Part shown: positions 29,831 to 40,053 of the stretch, piece by piece
How positions within the stretch are numbered: the stretch's first letter is position 1
Layout: every line of letters begins with the position of its first letter
NCBI GenBank assembly: GCA_964400605.1
Contig: CAYNUH010000003.1
Span: 50,370-114,369 of the forward strand
Source: an uncultured Acidobacteriota bacterium
GTDB taxonomy: Bacteria > Acidobacteriota > Polarisedimenticolia > JACPZX01
Length of the DNA stretch: 64,000 nucleotides
Direction: 5' to 3'
Position numbers and translations under genes: made by a program
Notes under the pieces: model-generated
What the model saw: the letters and a program-made list of their open reading frames with translations, nothing else
Database searches by the model: none
What the model was told of the DNA's origin: nothing

Positions 29831-29882
29831 TTGACCATCAAGAGGTTCTGAGCGTATCATCCCTCGTTCAGGGAGGGATGAT
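29831..29882 (+). promoter_or_regulatory. TTGACC-N18-TATCAT promoter plus perfect 10-bp inverted repeat ATCATCCCTC-n7-GAGGGATGAT covering the SD and ATG of the GGDEF-PilZ gene
   Basis: Read directly: 5' arm 29856-29865, 3' arm 29873-29882 (GGAGGGATGATC contains the SD and start codon). The 5' arm overlaps the -10 hexamer. Confidence 0.45.
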
Positions 29883-31074
29883 CCTGGGCAGGGCCACCGA
29901 CAAGTCCTCCGGAAAGCTGCTCGCCGTCCTCGCGAAATCCACCGGGCAGGGGGCCGTCGAGATCCTCGACTCCCTTTCCCGGGCCACCTCCCAGGCGGCC
30001 GCCTCCAGCCTGCTGCAGCTGCTCACCCACATGACCTTCCCGGAGCCAGAGGCGAGGGAAATTGTCCTCGCGGCCTTCCAGCACCGGGACTTCCTGCGCG
30101 AGAAGCTCGGCCGCGACGTGGGCGTGCGGGTGGCCCTCTTCGATCTGATGGTTGGCGTCGAGCGCAAGCTCCCGAACCCGAAGATCATCGACCTGCCGAC
30201 TTTCGAGCGCATCGAGCGCTCGGCGACCACCGACCACCTCACGAACCTCTACAACCGTTCGCACTTCGAGGAGAGGCTGCACCGCGAGATGAGGCGCGCC
30301 GAGAGGTTCGACCAGCATCTGGCGCTGGTCATCCTCGACATCGACGACTTCAAGGCCGTCAACGACGGGCGGGGCCACCTGGTGGGCGACGCGGTCCTGC
30401 GCGAGGTCGGGCGCCTGATCGTCGAAAGCGTCCGCGATATCGACATCGCCGCGCGGTACGGCGGAGAGGAGTTCACCGTCATCCTGCCCGAGACGCGCCG
30501 GAACGGCGCGTTCATCGTCGCGGAGCGCATCCGCAGCGAGATGGAGAGCCACTTCCGGAGGCGGGGGGCGCTGGGACGCGCGCTGAAAGCCACGCTGAGC
30601 GGCGGGCTCGCCTGCTTCCCCGAGGACGCCGAGGGGCCCGAGGGCCTCATCGCACGCGCCGACGAGGCTCTCTACCGCGCCAAGAAGTCGGGCAAGAACC
30701 TCATCGCGGTCTACTTCGAGGAGAAGCGGCGGGACGAACGCATCACCATCGAGGAGAGGAAGCTGAAGGCGATCCTGCTCGAAGGGGGACGCGGCGGCGC
30801 GGTGCGCCACAGCGGGCTGCTGAAGAACGTAAGCGAGGGCGGGCTTCTCCTCGAGTTGAGCAGGCCCGTGCCCGTGGGCCGCGAGATGCAGGTGTCGTTT
30901 TCTCTAGGGGTCCAGCCGGCCTACAGGTTTCCGTGCACCGTCGTCCGCCTCGACGAGCACGGCTCCAACGGGGGGCGCCGCCGGTTCGAGGCCGGGCTCC
31001 GCTTCCAGAGGAGGGCCCGGATCCTCCAACCCCAGCTCACCCGCCTGGCCCGACGGCAGGCGGCCGTGGGCTAG
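29878..31074 (+). CDS. Diguanylate cyclase (GGDEF) with N-terminal uncharacterised domain and C-terminal PilZ domain
   Basis: 'RYGGEEF' active site and 'RxxD' I-site ('RRNGAFIVAERIRSEME' region). C-terminal PilZ motifs 'RGGAVRHSG' and 'NVSEGG'. Confidence 0.88.
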   Translation: MILGRATDKSSGKLLAVLAKSTGQGAVEILDSLSRATSQAAASSLLQLLTHMTFPEPEAREIVLAAFQHRDFLREKLGRDVGVRVALFDLMVGVERKLPNPKIIDLPTFERIERSATTDHLTNLYNRSHFEERLHREMRRAERFDQHLALVILDIDDFKAVNDGRGHLVGDAVLREVGRLIVESVRDIDIAARYGGEEFTVILPETRRNGAFIVAERIRSEMESHFRRRGALGRALKATLSGGLACFPEDAEGPEGLIARADEALYRAKKSGKNLIAVYFEEKRRDERITIEERKLKAILLEGGRGGAVRHSGLLKNVSEGGLLLELSRPVPVGREMQVSFSLGVQPAYRFPCTVVRLDEHGSNGGRRRFEAGLRFQRRARILQPQLTRLARRQAAVG

Positions 31075-31095
31075 AAGAGCCTCCAGGATCCGCCC

Positions 31096-31800
31096 ATGCC
31101 GGTGCTCGCGTTGGACACGGCAACCCGGATCCAGAGCGTCGCCATCGCCTCGGGCGGACGCGTCGTTGCGGAGGCCGGCCATGAACTTCCCGCGCCGCAC
31201 TCGGAGACTCTGCTGCGCACGGTGAGCGGCGTCCTCGCGGCCGCGGGGCTGCGCCCCTGCGAGCTGTCGGCCGTGGCCGTGACATCGGGCCCCGGGTCCT
31301 TCACGGGGCTGCGCGTGGGGATGGCCACGGCGAAGGGGCTCGCGCTTTCCGCCGGGTTGCCTCTGGCCGGGTTCTCGACGCTGCGGATCCTCGCCGAGGG
31401 GCTGGCCGAGACCCGCCCCGCGGGCCACGCCTTCACGGTGTGCTCCCTCATGGACGCGGGCCGGGGGCAGGTGTACCGCGGGATCTTCCAGGCTACGCCT
31501 CTGCCCTCCGGAGGATGGGACCTCGAGCTGGTGGGAGCCGAATCCGCGTGCGCCCCGGAGGAAGCCCTTGCGGGCGCCGGGCCCGGGTCGATCGTCGGAG
31601 GCGACGGCGCGGCGCGGTACCGCGATAGGCTCGCGTCCCGGCTTCCCGAAGGGGTGCTCATCGCCGAGGGCGCGTTCTTCCTGGCCCCCCGTCTCGCGCG
31701 CCTCGCGGAGAGCCTCGAGCGGAGCGGGCGGCTGCGGGCCCACCCTCTGGTGCCGAACTACGTGCGCCCTCCGGACGCGCTTCGAGGAGGCGCGGCGTGA
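31096..31800 (+). CDS. tsaB: tRNA threonylcarbamoyladenosine biosynthesis protein TsaB (YeaZ)
   Basis: 'LALDTATRIQSVAI', 'AVAVTSGPGSFTGLRVGMATAKGLA'. Confidence 0.85.
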   Translation: MPVLALDTATRIQSVAIASGGRVVAEAGHELPAPHSETLLRTVSGVLAAAGLRPCELSAVAVTSGPGSFTGLRVGMATAKGLALSAGLPLAGFSTLRILAEGLAETRPAGHAFTVCSLMDAGRGQVYRGIFQATPLPSGGWDLELVGAESACAPEEALAGAGPGSIVGGDGAARYRDRLASRLPEGVLIAEGAFFLAPRLARLAESLERSGRLRAHPLVPNYVRPPDALRGGAA

Positions 31801-32324
31801 CGCCTCGCTGGATGCTGGAGCCGATGCGCCGGCGCCATCTTCGCGGGGTCATGGCCATCGAGCGGGTCTCGTTCTCCTCCCCCTGGCCCATGGAGGCCTT
31901 CACCTGCGACATGGATGGGCCGCTCTGGGCGCGCGCGCTGGCACTCCTCGACGCGGGGCGACCCGATGCGGGCGTGCGCGGATACATCTGCTTCTGGACC
32001 CTCGAGGGGGAGCTCACGATCCAGAACATCGCGGTTCACCCGGACGTTCGACGGCTCGGCGGAGCGTGGCACCTGATGGAGGCGGCCTTCGAAGAAGGTC
32101 ATCGCCGCGCCTGCCGGTGGGCCTACCTGGAAGTGCGGCCGACGAACAGCGCTGCGATCGATTTGTACAGGCGATGGGGCTTCGACGTGGCGGCGCGACG
32201 CCGGGGCTACTACACCGACACGGGCGAGGATGCGCTTGTGATGCGGGCGGATGTGGAGCGGGGCTTGCTGGAGAGCGGCCGCCCTTCCACCGAGCGCTCC
32301 TTGAAAGGGTCCGGAAACGGGTGA
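31797..32324 (+). CDS. rimI: Ribosomal-protein-alanine N-acetyltransferase (GNAT)
   Basis: GNAT motif 'IAVHPDVRRLGGAWHLM'. 4-nt overlap with tsaB, the classic tsaB-rimI pairing. Confidence 0.85.
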   Translation: MTPRWMLEPMRRRHLRGVMAIERVSFSSPWPMEAFTCDMDGPLWARALALLDAGRPDAGVRGYICFWTLEGELTIQNIAVHPDVRRLGGAWHLMEAAFEEGHRRACRWAYLEVRPTNSAAIDLYRRWGFDVAARRRGYYTDTGEDALVMRADVERGLLESGRPSTERSLKGSGNG

Positions 32325-32399
32325 TAGGATCACGACGTGTCGGGTTCCCATCCCTCCGCGCCATCCTCAGTTCCGTCAACCTTATCTGGAGAGCGCTCC

Positions 32400-32654
32400 A
32401 TGCCGGACCGTCTGGAAGAGGTCAAGGATCTCCTGAACCGGGAGAACGAGGAATATCGTCGGCTGCGCGAGAAGCACCAGGGCTTCGAGGAGAGATTGGC
32501 CGCCCTCAATGCCAAGGCGTTTCTCAACGACCAGGAGAAGCTGGAAACCATCAAGCTGAAAAAAGAGAAACTCCACCTCAAGGATCGGATGGCTGCGATC
32601 GCCAGGGAGTACCTGGAGAGGGCCCCTGGCGTCTCACGCCATCAGGAAAGATAG
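32400..32654 (+). CDS. DUF465 (YdcH-like) small coiled-coil protein
   Basis: 'RLEEVKDLLNRENEEYRRLREKHQGFEERLAALNAKAFLNDQEKLETIKLKKEKLHLKDRMAAI' matches the DUF465 pattern. Internal ATG chosen. Confidence 0.6.
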   Translation: MPDRLEEVKDLLNRENEEYRRLREKHQGFEERLAALNAKAFLNDQEKLETIKLKKEKLHLKDRMAAIAREYLERAPGVSRHQER

Positions 32655-32710
32655 CCGGCGGGCGGTGCGTCGGACGCCGGGTGCCCGCGACCGCGTCGGC
32701 GGTATTGGAA

Positions 32711-33337
32711 ATGATCCCCGCAGCGTGGCCCTATGTTGTGTCGCTGGCGGCGGCGGCCGCGTTGTTCTACGGGCTCGCCCACCCCTGGCCGGCCGCGGCG
32801 CTTCTGGCGGGCGCGGCCTGCGTGGCCTTCTTCTTCCGGGACCCGGAGAGGGTGGTCCCCGGCGGCGACGGCGTCGTGGTCGCCCCCGCCGACGGGCGCG
32901 TCGTGGAAGCGCGCCCCGCATCGGAGGGCGCGGCCGGGAAGATCGCCATCTTCCTGTCGCTGCTCGACGTCCACGTGAACCGATCGCCCGTCACGGGGCG
33001 GGTGCGCAGCGTCACTTACCGCCCCGGATCCTTCCGGCCGGCCTACGCGCCTGAGGCCTCCTCGCTTAACGAATGCAACCACCTGGAGCTGGAGGGGCCG
33101 GGCGGCCGCTTCGGCGTCAGCCAGATCGCCGGTATCGTGGCGAGGCGGATCCGCTGCTTCAAGCAGGAAGGAGACGCCGTCGCGCGCGGGGAGAGGATCG
33201 GTTACATCGCCTTCGGGTCGCGGACGGAGCTCACGCTGCCCGCCGGGAGCGAGATCCTCGTCCGGGTGGGGGAATCGGTCCGGGGCGGCGAAACCGTGGT
33301 CGCGAAGGTGGCGCCCGCGGCGCGGAGGGAGACTTGA
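32711..33337 (+). CDS. psd: Phosphatidylserine decarboxylase-related (short archaeal-type Psd proenzyme)
   Basis: 'GDGVVVAPADGRV', 'FLSLLDVHVNRSPVTG', and the Gly-Ser cleavage/pyruvoyl site 'FGSRTEL'. It is the C-terminal part of track ORF 31568..33337. Confidence 0.8.
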   Translation: MIPAAWPYVVSLAAAAALFYGLAHPWPAAALLAGAACVAFFFRDPERVVPGGDGVVVAPADGRVVEARPASEGAAGKIAIFLSLLDVHVNRSPVTGRVRSVTYRPGSFRPAYAPEASSLNECNHLELEGPGGRFGVSQIAGIVARRIRCFKQEGDAVARGERIGYIAFGSRTELTLPAGSEILVRVGESVRGGETVVAKVAPAARRET

Positions 33338-33348
33338 GAGGGACGCCC

Positions 33349-34143
33349 GTGCTGCGCGGCCGCTTCGCGAGGCGCCGCGGCCCCCGCAACCTCAGGCGCG
33401 GGGTGCACCTGATTCCGGGACTGTTCACCACCGCAAACGTCTTCTGCGGCTACGTGTCCATCGTGCTGGCCACCACGGGCCAGTTCGAGACGGCGGCGCT
33501 CCTCGTCGGGATCGCCGCGCTGCTGGACGCCCTTGACGGCCGCGTGGCGCGCCTCACGGGCACCACCAGCGAGTTCGGCCGCGAGTTCGACTCGCTGGCC
33601 GATACCATCTCCTTCGGCGTGGCCCCCGCCGTGCTCGCCTGGTCCTGGGCGCTGTCGGACTTCGGGCGGCTGGGATGGGCCGTGTCGTTCCTGTACGTCG
33701 TGTGCGGGACGCTGAGGCTGGCGCGCTTCAACATCCAGACCGGCCCGTACGACCGCCGCTACTTCGTCGGGCTGCCCATCCCTGCGGCCGCCTGCACCAT
33801 CGCGGCCTGTGTCTTCAACCACCCTCAGAGCCTTGAGGACGGGATCGTGAAACTCCTGACGCTCACGCTGACGGTGGCGCTCGCGCTCCTGATGGTGAGC
33901 AAGGCGCGCTACCGGAGCTTCAAGGAGCTCGACCTCCGCGCGCGCCGTCCGTACGTGTGGGTGGTGCCCTTCGCCATCGTCCTCGCGCTCGTCGCCACGC
34001 ACCCACCGCTGGTGCTCCTCGTGGCGGCCTTCGCCTACGTCCTCTCCGGCCTCTTCCCGCGCCGGGCGGCCGCCTCGCGCCCGGAGCCCGTCTCCGAGAG
34101 CCTGACCGGCACGGGCCCCGTCGGCCCCGACCATGCCCGCTGA
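33349..34143 (+). CDS. pssA: CDP-diacylglycerol--serine O-phosphatidyltransferase (CDP-alcohol phosphatidyltransferase family)
   Basis: GTG with GAGGGA RBS. 'DALDGRVARLTGTTSEFGREFDSLADTISFGVAPA' matches the CDP-OH_P_transf motif D-G-x2-A-R-x8-G-x3-D-x3-D. Confidence 0.85.
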   Translation: MLRGRFARRRGPRNLRRGVHLIPGLFTTANVFCGYVSIVLATTGQFETAALLVGIAALLDALDGRVARLTGTTSEFGREFDSLADTISFGVAPAVLAWSWALSDFGRLGWAVSFLYVVCGTLRLARFNIQTGPYDRRYFVGLPIPAAACTIAACVFNHPQSLEDGIVKLLTLTLTVALALLMVSKARYRSFKELDLRARRPYVWVVPFAIVLALVATHPPLVLLVAAFAYVLSGLFPRRAAASRPEPVSESLTGTGPVGPDHAR

Positions 34144-34549
34144 TGACCCCTCCGGCTTCCGGGTCGCCTTCTACGGGGCCATGTCGCTGCTCGCCCGGGA
34201 GGTGAGGCTGCAGCTCGAGGAGAATCTCTTCCCCGTGCGGTCCATGCACCTGTACGAGACCGGCGATCACGAGGGCAGCTTCACGGAGTGGTGCGGGGAG
34301 GCGATGGCGGTCGTCCGCCCCGACGAGGATCTCGTGGAGGACACGGACTTCGCGTTCGTCTGCGGCGAGGACGACGGGCGCACCCCCGCGGAGCTGGCCA
34401 CCGAGTCGGGGATCTGGATCGGCGACATCAGGGCCGATCCCCGCCGTCCGGGCGCCTTCTGGATCTGGGCCGTCTGCGACGCCGTCCGATGCGGCGCCGC
34501 CCTCAACGCCGCGCGCATGGCCGAGAGGCTCGCGGAGATACACGTATGA
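34133..34549 (+). CDS. Stand-alone degenerate aspartate-semialdehyde dehydrogenase N-terminal-domain-like protein (possible 3'-truncated asd remnant or pseudoenzyme)
   Basis: 'RVAFYGAMSLLAREVRLQLEENLFPV...DFAFVCGEDD...' resembles the Asd N-domain 'RVAVLGATGAVGQEMLRLLEERNFPV...DIAFFSAGG', but the GxxGxxG motif is degraded (GAMSLLA) and the Cys-containing catalytic domain is absent. Confidence 0.45.
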   Translation: MPADDPSGFRVAFYGAMSLLAREVRLQLEENLFPVRSMHLYETGDHEGSFTEWCGEAMAVVRPDEDLVEDTDFAFVCGEDDGRTPAELATESGIWIGDIRADPRRPGAFWIWAVCDAVRCGAALNAARMAERLAEIHV

Positions 34550-35415
34550 CGCCCCGGGGACTGCGGCGGTGGGGAAGGCGCACGGCCGCGCTGGCCGCCA
34601 TGGTCCTGCTCGCCGGCACGGCGCTCCCGCAAGAGCGCCAGTTCGTACGGCCCGAGGACGCCATCGTGGCCCTCTTCAGCCTCCAGACCGACCTCGAGGT
34701 CGAGCGGAAGATCCTGGCGCGCGAGGAGGCGCGGTACGAGGCGAACCAGAGGCAGCGGGCGGAGATCCGTGATCGGCTGGCCCGGATGCACGAGGAGATG
34801 GAGGCGCTGTTCCGGCTGGAGCGCGGCGAGACGGCGGGGGAGGCCGCCTCGGAGCGGGAGCGTGCCGCTTCCGACGCGGAGGTCCGCCAGTCCGCGGAGG
34901 CGAAAGAAGTCGAGGTGATGAGCCTGGAGCGCGGCGAGACGGCGGCCCGGGACGAAGGCCGCCGCCTGCGGGACGAGATCCGCCAGATCCGCGCGCGCAT
35001 CGCCCTCAAGGGAGTGCAGCTCGACTCGCTGCGGGCGAGCCTGCCCAAGGACCAGGACAGCGTCACGGGGCTGTGGGAGGTCTCACTGCTGCCCAGCGGC
35101 GACAAGGGGGTCTTCATGCTGTGGCAGTCGGGCACCCTGGTCTCCGGTCAATACGTGCTCGATGGGCCGTTCCGGGGGTCGCTGGAGGGGACTCTCATCA
35201 ACAGACAGATCGTGCTGCGCCGCATCGACGCGCGGCTGGGACGCTCGATGGAGTTCAGCGGGTACCTTTCGGCCGACGGCCAGCGGGTGCAGGGGACCTG
35301 GCTGAACTACGATCTCTCGTCGGGACGCTCGCCGAGCGGTTCGTGGACGGCGCGTAAGCGGTCCACCGCCCCGTCCGAAGGGGCGGCGCCCTCGGGCGGA
35401 GAGCCGGGGTCCTAG
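34546..35415 (+). CDS. Secreted coiled-coil hypothetical protein
   Basis: ATGA overlap with the upstream gene. Signal peptide 'MTPRGLRRWGRRTAALAAMVLLAGTALPQ', a long Arg/Glu-rich coiled coil, then a beta-rich C-terminus. Confidence 0.55.
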   Translation: MTPRGLRRWGRRTAALAAMVLLAGTALPQERQFVRPEDAIVALFSLQTDLEVERKILAREEARYEANQRQRAEIRDRLARMHEEMEALFRLERGETAGEAASERERAASDAEVRQSAEAKEVEVMSLERGETAARDEGRRLRDEIRQIRARIALKGVQLDSLRASLPKDQDSVTGLWEVSLLPSGDKGVFMLWQSGTLVSGQYVLDGPFRGSLEGTLINRQIVLRRIDARLGRSMEFSGYLSADGQRVQGTWLNYDLSSGRSPSGSWTARKRSTAPSEGAAPSGGEPGS

Positions 35416-35453
35416 CGGGTGGCCTTCCCTCCCGCGCCGGTGGTCTCTCCGCG

Positions 35454-36684
35454 ATGAGATACGAGACCATGCTGGCCCTGAGGTATCTCGGGGCGAGGCG
35501 CCGGCAGACCTTCATCTCCTTCATCTCCACCATTTCGATCCTCGGCGTCACGGTCGGCGTGGCCGCGCTCATCATCGCCCTCGCGGGCCAAAGCGGCCTG
35601 CATCACGACATCCTGAGCCGGATCCTGGGCGCCAACGCCCACATCACGATCTTCGCGCCTGCCGGCGCCGCCATCGAGGACCCCGCGGCGTTGCAGCGGA
35701 TCGTCGAGGCCGTCCCGCTCGTGCAGTCCACCTCTCCGGTCTGCTTCGAGAGGGGTCTGATCACGTCGGAGGTCAACCCGACCGGGTCGGCCGTCTTCCT
35801 CAAGGGCGTGGACCCGGCGCAGGAGGGGCGCGTGACCGAGATCGCCTCGAAGTTCGTCGTCGGCTCCCTGGCGGCGCTCGCCTCTCCGGCCCCCTCGGGC
35901 CTGCAAGGAGTGGCGCTGGGCAAGGACCTCGCGCGCGACCTGGGGGTCCGCCCAGGAGACCGGGTGGAGGTGATCGTCCCTCAGGTCACCCTCAGCCCCT
36001 TCTCCGTGATGCCGCGCTCGCGGGCCTTCGAAGTGGTGGGGATCCTCGACTCCGGCTTCTACGACTACGACGCCACCTGGGCGCACATCTCGCTGGCGGC
36101 CGCGCAGCGCCTCTTCGGCCTGGGGAAGGGCGCCAGCGTGGTCCAGGTGCGGGTGCGGGATCTCGACCGGCTGGAGGAGGCCCGGGAGGTGGTGGCGGAA
36201 GCCGCGGGGCCCTCGTACCCGGTCACCGACATGGTGCAGATGAACCGGACTTTCTTCGGGGCGCTCCGGCTGGAGAAACTCGGGATTTTCCTCGCCATCA
36301 GCCTCGTCGTCGTTGTGGCGGGTCTCAACATCGTCTCGACCTTGGTGCTGACCGTCATGGGCAAGGTGTCCGACATCGGGGCGCTGGTGGCGATGGGGGC
36401 CAGCTCGCGCGGCATCATGCGCCTGTACGTGACGCAGGGACTTCTGATAGGCCTCATCGGGACGGCGCTCGGCTGCGCGCTGGGGCTCGGGGGCGCGTGG
36501 TGGCTGGACGCGTACCACATCATCAGCCTACCGCCCGAAGTGTATTTCGTCCCCTATATTCCATTCCGCGTGCAGGTCGGCGATTTCGGCCTTGTTGCAG
36601 GCACCGCCATCGCCGTATGTTTCCTCTCCACACTGTACCCGGCCTGGAAGGCTTCCAGGCTGGATCCGGTGAAGGCGCTCCGGT

Positions 36685-36692
<8 letters not shown>
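35454..36692 (+). CDS. lolE: Lipoprotein-releasing system transmembrane permease (LolC/E-type, MacB_PCD + FtsX)
   Basis: Four TM helices with a periplasmic domain between TM1 and TM2, and a C-terminal FtsX domain. Only a single permease gene is present. Confidence 0.88.
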
Positions 36693-37407
<715 letters not shown>

Positions 37408-37451
37408 GTCCGCGGCGGAGGGGTCCCGCCGGAGCGGCTTCACCGGGGGGG

Positions 37452-39887
<2,436 letters not shown>

Positions 39888-40053
39888 CCCGCCTCCCGCG
39901 CCGACCCGCAGCCGCCCCGACTCGGCCCCGCTCCGGGTCAGGGCTCACCGCCCTGCGCAGCTCTCCCGTGCGCGCGCGTCGCGGGTCCAAGGTTTGATCT
40001 ACAATGCGGCGCGCTTGCCGCGATCCGCAAGCGAACGGGCCGCGCGCCCTCCC

